From Asterionella formosa (lineage: Eukaryota), in NCBI GenBank assembly GCA_002256025.1, contig NKIB01013488.1:1-56616 (forward strand): a DNA stretch of 56,616 nt. Direction: 5' to 3'. Made by a program: the position numbers and the translations under genes. A model generated the notes under the pieces. That model ran no database searches and had not been told where the DNA came from. It saw nothing but the letters and a program-made list of their open reading frames with translations. Of the stretch, positions 24,625 through 34,178 are shown in pieces; position 1 is the first letter of the stretch, and each line of letters begins with the position of its first letter.

Positions 24625-25423
24625 CACCTGGCCTTGGTGGCGTAGACAAATCATATGGAGACTCATGCTACCTGGTACCCTGTTTCCGGCTTTTTGCAGC
24701 TGCTACATAAATACTGACAGGTTCGCTGCGAGCATAGTCTTGTGTTGTCATCTCAATCGATTGCGTCTTGATGATTCGAAATGGTATTCGCCTACCGGTA
24801 TATGTTACACCTCATTCTTTTGCTTCCCGAAAGCAAGATACCGGTACCAGTTCGTCAAACTGCCGGTACTTGGTACATGAGCCATTTCTTTGTGGTGGTA
24901 CCAGGTACCAGGGTACCAGGCATTAGGTAGTACTGTACCTGGTTGGTACCATCCAGCCTTTAAAAATATGGTATGATTTCTATCATAAACAAATAATAAA
25001 ACCTCTACCGGTAAAAAGATTCACATGGTCATATTTATTCAGTTTAATAATATGTGGTCTAATCTATTAGTCTACCGGAAATAAATACCATGGTGCCTTT
25101 CATGTAGACTTAGCCGTGCTGGTACTCACTGGTAGGTACGACAGGCATCATAGATAATAAACTCTTCCTCCTTTTGGGTGTTGGCAAGAAAGTGGGTGGA
25201 GTCCTGCCGGCTCAGACTCCCTCCAATGTATTTTAAGAATTATACATGATTGAAAAGCGGATAGTAAATTCAAATAGTTTGAATCTATGGAGCAGTCCAG
25301 CTCGTTTGTGTAGGACGAGGAGGAAGTCACGACATTGTGACATGAACAATCAGCCACATAATCTTCGAATGATCGAAGCACCTCAATCGTTCGACTCTCA
25401 ATCAACAGACCTCAAAGGCCATC

Positions 25424-27418
25424 ATGCAAACAGCAGGGTTGTTCTTGGTGCTAGCAGTAACGACTGCATATGCCAGTAGTCAAAATGCACCTTTGCCCGC
25501 TAATTACCACAACGATCTGTATCACTGTTTCCTTCAAGTCGTCAATAATTTAGCCACCGGTGACGACAGCGTCGCATGTGATACGGGAAGTTACCAATGG
25601 ATCATCGCGAATCTGAACCCAGATCAACCCCCGACACGTTGCGATCATTTAGACTTGCTGTCAGTTATTCCCGATAGTACTGACGACGACAGTTTGGAGC
25701 CTTGCATTCTGTGGCAATTAAAATATGGGTTCTTGGGCTCGATTGCTCCTACCGATTTTCCTTCGGATGTTTCTTCCGAAGTTCCGACTGGTGAGTACAC
25801 TGATGTACCGTCAAGTACAGCGACTAAAGCGCCATCATCTGATCAGCCATCCACCACACCATCAGTAACGCCGACGGACACACCAACAGAATCGCCATCT
25901 GCGGTATCAAGCACTTCTCCGTCATTGGCCCCTTCGGAATTCGTGCTTGAGAATAAACCCTCTGTCACTCTGGCCGGTGTCTCTCTCTCCTTTTGGGTAG
26001 TGCCCGCCATTCGAACCAGAATGCTTAGACGACAACTCCAAACAGACATTAACCAAGATGCCATACTGGAAGAACTTCAAGACCACATCAAAACGTATCT
26101 CTCTGAATCCCTTTCCATGGAACTTCTCGCTGTTGTGTTGACCATTAATTACAGTGTTTCAGTCAGCGAAAAGGCCACTTTGTCACGGTTTGACGGTTCT
26201 GTTTACTTCCGTGAGGACGAGGTCAGACCGAGTGCCTCGACCGTTGATTTACTCACTAACGCAGCCTTCAAGGGTCCTTCACTCGATGCATTGATGACCT
26301 CTTTCAACAACAACCCTCAACTGGCATATATTAAACAAATAAAGTTGGAGGACGAAGCTGCTGTAGTGTCGTCGATTTTGGCCAATAAAAATTCCAAGAG
26401 CGACAGCGCTGGTGGTCTTACTTCGACCATGATGATCGTATATTGCGGTATTGGTGCCGGGGTGCTGTGCATTGCCTTTCTCTCCTCCTTTCTCTTCGTC
26501 AACAGGAAACGCGCCGATCCTCGCGCCGATCCTCACGCCGACCTTGTCAAGAATAATACGGAGCTCACTTCGCCACGCTCTGCTGATCCCGAGAACGGAC
26601 AAGACTTTCCCGACAGTCAGTCAGATTCGTCATCAGTATACTCATACATTAAAGACGAAGGCTCTGTTTCCATTGCACCTTCGTATATGTATGCACTCAA
26701 CGAACAATCTTTTGATAATTCGGAAGATGACGAGTCACTACTCACCCCAACCTGGGGAACAGAACCCGAGAGTCCTAGAGCTGCTGCGTTGATGAATGTC
26801 CAGCGACATGTACCCGAAAGTGCCCCTTCCAGTCCTAGCAGATCATTTGTCATGACAGACGACGAAAACTCAACTTGTAGTACAGACTTGGAGCGTGTCT
26901 TGGATGTTGAAAAGTTTCGACCGCCAATAAAACGATCCTTCAAGGATTTATGGAAGGAGGGTGGTGATGAGCCACGCCGCAAAGGGATCACAGAAGGAAC
27001 TGTTCCAATGGTGATTGTTTCTTCTCGACCTTCTAAAGACCCAGCAATTTCACAGCATGAGTCACATGTTCCTCCAGAGGGAGAGACGCTCGATTGGAAG
27101 TTGACATGTATAAGTTCTGATGAGCAGGATCATATTTTTGTTCCAGATGAAAGTCGAGATAAATCTCTTGCCGATTTGAGCAACATTGAAGAAGTTACTG
27201 TTGCAACAGAGGGCGACTATGTCGTGCCAGAATTCTTATTCCAAGCAGAATATTCTATAGAATGCAATAGTGACGACAAAGGCATTTATGAGACCGACGA
27301 AGAAGCCGAGAAGGGTGGCAACAGACTTCTGGAATTAAGTTTTGACACAAATGTTGATGTTAGCAAGAACACGAGTCAGAGTTTTCTAGGTGGGACTGTC
27401 GAGGAAAGCCTTGTTTAG
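25424..27418 (+). CDS. Type I membrane glycoprotein: Cys-containing N-domain, P/S/T mucin-like stalk, SEA-like domain, TM, acidic tail; 664 aa
   Basis: Signal peptide MQTAGLFLVLAVTTAYA; xPS/xPT tetrapeptide repeats typical of diatom secreted proteins; RMLRRQLQ basic motif; TM segment MIVYCGIGAGVLCIAFLSSFLFV followed by NRKR. Confidence 0.88.
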   Translation: MQTAGLFLVLAVTTAYASSQNAPLPANYHNDLYHCFLQVVNNLATGDDSVACDTGSYQWIIANLNPDQPPTRCDHLDLLSVIPDSTDDDSLEPCILWQLKYGFLGSIAPTDFPSDVSSEVPTGEYTDVPSSTATKAPSSDQPSTTPSVTPTDTPTESPSAVSSTSPSLAPSEFVLENKPSVTLAGVSLSFWVVPAIRTRMLRRQLQTDINQDAILEELQDHIKTYLSESLSMELLAVVLTINYSVSVSEKATLSRFDGSVYFREDEVRPSASTVDLLTNAAFKGPSLDALMTSFNNNPQLAYIKQIKLEDEAAVVSSILANKNSKSDSAGGLTSTMMIVYCGIGAGVLCIAFLSSFLFVNRKRADPRADPHADLVKNNTELTSPRSADPENGQDFPDSQSDSSSVYSYIKDEGSVSIAPSYMYALNEQSFDNSEDDESLLTPTWGTEPESPRAAALMNVQRHVPESAPSSPSRSFVMTDDENSTCSTDLERVLDVEKFRPPIKRSFKDLWKEGGDEPRRKGITEGTVPMVIVSSRPSKDPAISQHESHVPPEGETLDWKLTCISSDEQDHIFVPDESRDKSLADLSNIEEVTVATEGDYVVPEFLFQAEYSIECNSDDKGIYETDEEAEKGGNRLLELSFDTNVDVSKNTSQSFLGGTVEESLV

Positions 27419-27734
27419 GGGAGGTGTCATGAAGGGCATACTAGGTGGTGGTGTGGATGATAGTACGCTAGGTGGAAATTTAGTGGACGCATCCTAGGTG
27501 GTGGCATGGATGCAGGTACTTTTTTGGTAGAAACTTCCAAAGTTTGTGTGTATGAAACCAGTTTTGATGGAAGCGTCATTGAGAGCATCCCACGTGCTGG
27601 TGTGGATGAAAGTACGATTAACGGACTTGTCTATGAGGGTATGGCGGCGACTATGATGTCCTTTTGGAATGCTGATGCATTAATTTCATGTAACGAGGGG
27701 TTGGATCCCCTATAGGTTAAGGTGTTTCATACAG

Positions 27735-30083
27735 TTACTCGTACAGGTCAATAGGTGACAGATATACATTTTTCATCTCGCCGTCGATTTCTATTGTTTC
27801 AAAGTGCTCTTCTTGTGGCTTTTCCTTCGCCTTTCTGTTTTTGCGTTGCTGCTGATACGCTGCTGACTGTTTGTTCCATGACCGCCAAGATTTCTTCTGA
27901 CTATCAACTTTCGATTTCTCGTCTGCAATCAAGGAGTTTGTTTCATCAGTTGTAAACACGCTTTCTGTTTCTGATGGCGCTGATTTTTTCACATTGCTGG
28001 CGCCGAACATGGCCACCAAATCTGGACCGTCCATCATTTTCTGTTCCGTCGAATTCACAGAGAGTGACCTTTGATGAATCCTTATGCTCTCTTTTCTCAC
28101 ATTGTTCCCCGCAGGGTCGCATTCTGGCAAAGGGTTGGCTGTGGTGGAAGGATGATTTGCAAGAATGTCTGGGAAGTCTCCACAACCTGAGGCGGAACCA
28201 CGTGACAAAATAGTGTTGCAAATGGTTCCTTGCTCCTTCGTTACCCCGAACTCTTCATCAGTCGTGCCTGCCAATTGCTGTTCAAGAGTCAACTTGTTTC
28301 TTCGGATGCGTCGACTCTGCAATGCAGCTGTAGCTAGAGCAGCGACAATGACAATTCCACAGATGATACCTGCAATTAAAGCAATCGAGGTCTCACCATC
28401 GCCATTGCCATTGCCGCCTGAACTGCTGTTGCTTACCTCAGATTCAGATGCCACCTTACGCACCTCGATCGAGGTTATGTTAATTTTAGAGTCATGTAGC
28501 GCCTGCACAATCATGCTAACGGAATCCTCACCGAAGAAGTCCACAAGAAGTCTAGACGCATTCTTTCCATCAATGACACTTAATTGACCTGAATTGTTAC
28601 CAGATAGCTGAAGCGACAGATCAATCTCGGAGGAAACAATGGTTTGTGCATTGTCGGTGAGACGACGACCCACACCTATTTGCGATCCATCAACGATGAT
28701 GAATTTCATCCTGAGGCTAAAGCTCGAAAGAATATTTCCTATTCCATGCTTCAAGAAGGGACCAAGCAGACGTTCCACTGTGGCATAAATATCGTCTTGA
28801 ACGACCGCCAACTCAAACGATCCTCGAAAGTAAACCATTATCGGCGAGGCCATAATTTCTTTTTGGTACTCATGAACGCTAGGTGAAGCGGACGGAAACA
28901 GTTCGGGCGATTGCGTTGGTTGTGTGGCTGGTAATCCGCCATCATTTGCTATCAACCTAGTGGTTGGCTTCATTGTTTGTGCCGGCGCATTTGAAGGTAT
29001 GGCAGTTGGGGGCCGTTCCAAGGGACCTGAAGAAGGAGGAACAGTCGCTGAAATGTTAGGCGAATTTGTTGGAGACGCAGCTGGTCCTGTATTATCTGGG
29101 ATCGAGGTCGATCCTGCAGGAGGATTAGCTGGAACCGCATTCGAAATATTGGAAGGATGAATAGTAAGGGGCGCTAGGGAAGGTCGCGAAGTTGACAGCT
29201 CTTCGTCCAGTAGAGGCGTGTTCACAAGATTTGAATTCCCAGGGGTTTTGGTAATTGGAACAGCTACTGGGCTAATATCCGGAGACAATGTAGTTTGAGA
29301 AGTTGAATAGAACTTCGGAGTGCCTGTAGAAGGAGGTTCTGTCATCAAGAGCGGAGGGACAACGGGAGAGCCAGCAGGTGAGCTTGCTGGGGAGTCACCA
29401 ATTGGAGCGCTCGATGGTGCTTTTGCATTTGCCTGCTGAACTAGAGGAGACGGTTTGTGTGGCTTCGAAGTGGGCATTGGAACACCTACTCCACCATCAT
29501 GTCCAGATTGAACATAAAATGATAACACTGGATTTGTTGTGTATACGCTATCTGCAACAATAGAAGGAGCCATAACATGAATTCCTGTGGGTGCACTACC
29601 AGCAACCGCTGGTGAAGACACGGCAGGAGCAGATGTGATTGACACATCCGCAGCATCAATAGCCGCTGGTTTCGAAGATTTCTTGATTTTATGTTTCTTT
29701 GATTGTGTTGGTGATGATGATGGTGCTGCAGTGCATACGTCCAAGAAGTGTGAGGTGAACGAAGGAGGCGTACGAAGCTGGAGCGACATTGTAGTTTTCA
29801 TCTGCTTACCTTGTCCACCTTCGCAATTGCGGGTTCCTTTGACTTTTTTGCTCTCCTTACATTTCCCCAATTTCCCATTGTTTTTCTTTGGCTTCCGTGC
29901 CCCCTTAGGTTCGACGGCTTTGAGACTACCTTTAAACTCACTCAAGCTTTTTTGCAGCTGACTTCGCTCATCTTCTAACTTCGAAATTGCAAGCTTAGTT
30001 TGATCCGACGCTCCTGCATTAAACGCCTCAGTGATGTGGCTTGATAACATCCATGATATGATAGAGACGAACAAGATCTTCAT
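27735..30083 (-). CDS. Type I membrane glycoprotein: Lys-rich N-terminus, long P/S/T/A stalk, SEA-like domain, TM; about 782 aa
   Basis: Signal peptide MKILFVSIISWMLSSHITEA; GRRLT motif; TM segment IALIAGIICGIVIVAALATAAL followed by QSRRIRR. Confidence 0.88.
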   Translation of the reverse strand: MKILFVSIISWMLSSHITEAFNAGASDQTKLAISKLEDERSQLQKSLSEFKGSLKAVEPKGARKPKKNNGKLGKCKESKKVKGTRNCEGGQGKQMKTTMSLQLRTPPSFTSHFLDVCTAAPSSSPTQSKKHKIKKSSKPAAIDAADVSITSAPAVSSPAVAGSAPTGIHVMAPSIVADSVYTTNPVLSFYVQSGHDGGVGVPMPTSKPHKPSPLVQQANAKAPSSAPIGDSPASSPAGSPVVPPLLMTEPPSTGTPKFYSTSQTTLSPDISPVAVPITKTPGNSNLVNTPLLDEELSTSRPSLAPLTIHPSNISNAVPANPPAGSTSIPDNTGPAASPTNSPNISATVPPSSGPLERPPTAIPSNAPAQTMKPTTRLIANDGGLPATQPTQSPELFPSASPSVHEYQKEIMASPIMVYFRGSFELAVVQDDIYATVERLLGPFLKHGIGNILSSFSLRMKFIIVDGSQIGVGRRLTDNAQTIVSSEIDLSLQLSGNNSGQLSVIDGKNASRLLVDFFGEDSVSMIVQALHDSKINITSIEVRKVASESEVSNSSSGGNGNGDGETSIALIAGIICGIVIVAALATAALQSRRIRRNKLTLEQQLAGTTDEEFGVTKEQGTICNTILSRGSASGCGDFPDILANHPSTTANPLPECDPAGNNVRKESIRIHQRSLSVNSTEQKMMDGPDLVAMFGASNVKKSAPSETESVFTTDETNSLIADEKSKVDSQKKSWRSWNKQSAAYQQQRKNRKAKEKPQEEHFETIEIDGEMKNVYLSPIDLYE

Positions 30084-30439
30084 GGTCAAAATGATTTTCG
30101 ATTTATATTACAATCCCAAGAGCGCACCTGGTTTCGACGAAATTGTGAGCACCTGATACTTCTCATTCTTGCCAATATGGTGCACCTCTTTCTGGGATCG
30201 AGGAATTTTGTGGGTCTCAACGGGTATACCGGTACCGGTACCGGTACCAGTACCAGTACCCTGGTATCAGGTATGCTCGTATTACAGTCCTGCTTTTCTG
30301 CTTATGAGTGTTAATACCTGTCCGTATTGCAAGTATCTGGTACCAGGTACTGTAGCAGTTTTGAGCGAAAAATTTTCCAAGGCTTTGTTCATACATAGTG
30401 TGATACATGTATGTACGTATGCTTGAGGGAACCTATCAC

Positions 30440-31083
30440 AATCCCTTTTTCTTGGTTTGTCAATAGGCAGTAAATACCCATCTATATAGCACCAATGCAT
30501 CCACAAAATAGTTGCTGCACACTTTTTTCAAGAAATCCATTCATCACTACTTGTTTCTCCTTGCTTGTTACTGGAAATTTAATTGATAGTGCTGGGCAAG
30601 AGTTCACAGCATCAAGGAATGTTTGAGTGATTGCATAAACAGATGGATAAGAACTCCATAGACATGGTGAATGTCTATGAGTTTTTTGCCTGCAAGCCAG
30701 CAAATGCTGATGGCGTGAATCAACTCAGGCATAATACTCCAATTTGTGCTGTATAAACTGGAACTTGCATTGGATTTGACAGCATTAACTGTGATGGAAG
30801 GTCGAAGTAGTTCCAGTAGGTGATTGAAAGCTTGAAAGGACATGTGAAATTCACAATAAAACTTATGAAGACACTTTGTGACATGATAATTCCAGTCAAG
30901 TTGTTGATGCTCCCATTTTGCTGATTGCACTGGCTTCAAGTTTCGTGCATAGTATGACTCCAAAAATGATAATGCAACTACTGCAAGAAACAGAAACTTC
31001 TGTTGTTCTGCTTCTATTTCCTGTTCTAAATCAAGATTGTCAATGACAGCCCAACTGTCAGGTTCTTCCAGTCGATTTGTCAT
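30440..31083 (-). pseudogene. PIF/Harbinger transposase N-terminal half, frameshifted and 3'-truncated
   Basis: FHMSFQAFNHLLELLRP, PELIHAISICWLAG, FLDAVNSCPALSIKFP and CGCIGAI-DG match the HARBI1 N-terminal motifs up to the first catalytic Asp. Confidence 0.85.
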
Positions 31084-31440
31084 TGTTGTTTCAGTAATGA
31101 TGATTGTCAGACAGATTGTGTAATTGAAGCACACATTGCTAATTTTTTTGTTGAGAGTCTGATGCACATGTTTGTGGAGACACAAAAAAACGAGTACCGG
31201 TAACTGTTTTGCTGTTACCGAGATAGTTGGCGGGCCACACATATTTATTACGGGAAATATAACAGTCTCGATTTTTATCATCCTCATTGAAAAACATCTT
31301 GCTTCGCACGAAAAAAACCGCACGACCGTCTCGATTGTAAAATCATGCATGTCGATGAATGTGGCCTTCCTTCCATAATTCAGCAACAATCGCATAGACT
31401 TTAACGCTCCAAGCCCAAACCCACGATACCAGACACTAGA

Positions 31441-31800
31441 ATGAGCCACAATCTTCCCAAAGAAGCAGCGGCGGCGGCGCAGCAGTCCATACCGCCGAAG
31501 AAGGGAACGGCACAGTCCATTGACAAGATCCGACGATCTTGGCGGTCCTTGGCGAGTTCTATTGTGGTATCCACGCGAGCGGCAGAAAAGGTCATCACTA
31601 CGCCGCAGTCATTAAATGAGCTTGATGATGCAATTGCTATCAATTTGCGAGCGAGAATTGATTTTCACAGGTATTGCAACCTCCTGGAACAAACACTGAC
31701 GGGGCAAGCCAAGGAAACCGAAGCTTTGGAAGGATTTATGCGGAGCCAACCGAATTTGGGAAGAAAACGAAAAGGTTCGGGTTCGAATGGGTCGGGCTAG
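31441..31800 (+). CDS. Small helical protein with a C-terminal basic NLS-like motif (119 aa)
   Basis: CpG-rich ATG-initiated ORF with amphipathic helices and GRKRKG near the C-terminus. Confidence 0.55.
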   Translation: MSHNLPKEAAAAAQQSIPPKKGTAQSIDKIRRSWRSLASSIVVSTRAAEKVITTPQSLNELDDAIAINLRARIDFHRYCNLLEQTLTGQAKETEALEGFMRSQPNLGRKRKGSGSNGSG

Positions 31801-32237
31801 TACATAGGTTTTGATGAATGGCTAAAGTATACGCATTTTGGTATGGTCGAAAGCTCCTGTCTATAATGGCCCGACCATGCCGCATGCTCATTTACGCATT
31901 CGATGCAAAGGATGTGCTAGAATGCCAAATATTGTTTTCCTTGCTTAGCGAAATAATTGGCTTGCTTGGTCTTGGATTTCCATAAGACATTTATTGTATG
32001 AATAGAAATTAATGCAATCGCTAGTGTTGTGAACATCAAATCATGACCCATGCATGTGGTATACGTCATATTTGCCGGGACCTCCATCCTTGGACGAGGA
32101 ATTCACGTGTAGCTACCTAGGAAGCATTGTTACATCCTTAAAGAATGAAATGTCGCTCAGATACATAGTCCATGAGATTGCCAACTTTCACCGCTTTGGC
32201 CGCGTTTGCAACCAAGGGTGAAAGTACAAGGAACAAC

Positions 32238-32517
32238 AAATTCATCTGGTCGCATTCGCATCAGTTCCATTTACTCACTTTCGACAAGTCCATCAGGATC
32301 AGGATTGAACCAATGACACTGCACATACAAATCAAATTCATCAGGTCGCATTCGCATCAGTTCCATTTGCCCACTTTCGACAAGTCCCTCAGGATCAGGA
32401 TCGACCCAATGACACTGCACAGGCCTATCAAATTCATCTGGTCGCATTCGCATCAGTTCCATTTGCTCACTTTCGACAGTTCCCTCAGGATCAGGATCGA
32501 CCCAATGACACTGCACA
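32238..32517. repeat. Three tandem copies of a 96-bp unit spanning the last codons, stop and 3' flank of the PIG-X gene
   Basis: Units start at about 32238, 32334 and 32430: AAATTCATCTGGTCGCATTCGCATCAGTTCCATTT...GGATCAGGATCGACCCAATGACACTGCACA, with few substitutions. Confidence 0.95.
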
Positions 32518-33454
32518 AACCCGTTGCGATGACAATGAACACGTAGTCGTCAGAATGTCCAGCAGGAATAAAAACCATAAGCGGCATTTCTTGATGCATC
32601 TTTTCATTCCTTGCGAGTGGGATGCCTAGTATGACCGGAGAAGGCAATTTCGCTAATAAGTAACCTCCCTTTGGCACTGGGTATCTCGAGTGGACAGCTA
32701 ATGCGAAAAATAGACTTGGCTCCGAGACCATGGGAGTCTGCCAGGAAACTTCCAAGCGCACCACATGTTGTGGACTGATATTGGAAGGCGCTTCCGTGTC
32801 TATAATCTCATCGTGATCAGAGTGAATGCTCACAGAACAATAAGCAAATTCTCCTACACACTGTTCCTCGATAAGATGTTCAATATCGACGAAAAAGTCT
32901 TCCGTCAAGAAGAGCAACAAAGAGTAGGTTCCCTGTCCTTGCAAGTTAGCCATTGAAAGGCTGACAGATAAAGTCCGATGAATGCCTCCAGAAATAGACA
33001 GGTTGGAATTGAGATAAACTTGGTTCAACATGATAGGAGCGACATTGAATTGAGGTTGTAGAGTCGAGTTCCACTTGCCATCCCTGAATTGCTGGGCTAC
33101 AAAATTAACGTTTTCGTCAATCAATCTCCGACTTTGACTGAGTTTGCGCTCATAGGAAATAAAACTAAATGCCCCTTCGACACCAGGCACAGTCGCAATT
33201 TTTTTGACGCATTCTTCTGCATTGAATGTTAAATGTCCCAGCAAAGCATCTTTCTTGGCATTTGCCAGTTGATGGGAAAACTGAATCCTGTTGCAACAGC
33301 CAAATTTGGAATGGCAGCCGCTACAAGTCCAGTGAAAGAATCCTGGAGAGTTTTGAGTAGAGATCACATCGCATGATGCTATGTGGGTAGGAAATAAAGA
33401 AAAGACGAGTCCAGCAAAGGAAATGAGAAATGACCCCATAATAATCTTCGCCAT
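32453..33454 (-). CDS. PIGX: GPI mannosyltransferase I subunit PIG-X/PBN1-like protein (about 333 aa)
   Basis: Signal-like MAKIIMGSFLISFAGLVFSLF; ordered PIG-X motifs GGIHRTL, LTEDFFVD, IDTEAPS, VHSRYP and IPAG; C-terminal TM segment. Confidence 0.8.
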   Translation of the reverse strand: MAKIIMGSFLISFAGLVFSLFPTHIASCDVISTQNSPGFFHWTCSGCHSKFGCCNRIQFSHQLANAKKDALLGHLTFNAEECVKKIATVPGVEGAFSFISYERKLSQSRRLIDENVNFVAQQFRDGKWNSTLQPQFNVAPIMLNQVYLNSNLSISGGIHRTLSVSLSMANLQGQGTYSLLLFLTEDFFVDIEHLIEEQCVGEFAYCSVSIHSDHDEIIDTEAPSNISPQHVVRLEVSWQTPMVSEPSLFFALAVHSRYPVPKGGYLLAKLPSPVILGIPLARNEKMHQEMPLMVFIPAGHSDDYVFIVIATGLCSVIGSILILRELSKVSKWN

Positions 33455-34178
33455 CGTCTTCGAAATGGTCGTTGTCTGGATTAGTGGATTAGTATGGTGT
33501 GCCTTGCTCCTTCTTATCAGTATAGCTGCAACAGAAAGATACAGTACCAGGTACATAGGTACGAGGGTACCTGAGGGAGGTACCAGGTAATGGTACCTGG
33601 TACCTGCTACCTTGTACCCTGGTACCACTATGCACGATGCCGATCACAGCGGCCACGGTCCTTTTATTGAACCACGCCGGCGAAATAAATATGAATGCTG
33701 GAATAGTAGATTGGAGTACAAGAATAGCATAGTGCAGGTGCTATATCGTCTGGTATAAGATATGATAGAATATATGAATATAATCTTAGATAATCCTGAT
33801 AAAGTACAGGTAGTCAAATCATTGACTTGACTGTTGCCTTCCGCAGGTCCCTTTTGACGTCCACCGCCGGCGTCATGGTGGGGGATACGACGTGGAAAGC
33901 ACAAGTCAAGGCGACGCTAGCGTTGCAAATGCCTTGTAGCAAACACAGGAATTGTGACCACGTAAGTTTCGCCTGGAACATAATTTTGCAATTTCATTCC
34001 ATCATGACACAGAAAGAGGTCTTGTTTGTAAGATTGTCGACATCTTCCAAGTTTGCATGCCTGATTATCACCCGAATGCAAGCAGTATGGTACATGTCAA
34101 GGAATTTTCAGGTTTTGACTTGCCACGGTATTCCGGATGCAAGCTGTGCATGATTTCAAAGTATTTACTGTTAACTTT

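Noticed and set aside
32238..32517. CRISPR-like array or selenocysteine-recoded TGA
   Set aside because: Units are contiguous with no unique spacers and the context is eukaryotic. No SECIS-like structure was identified and PIG-X normally ends just after this TM.
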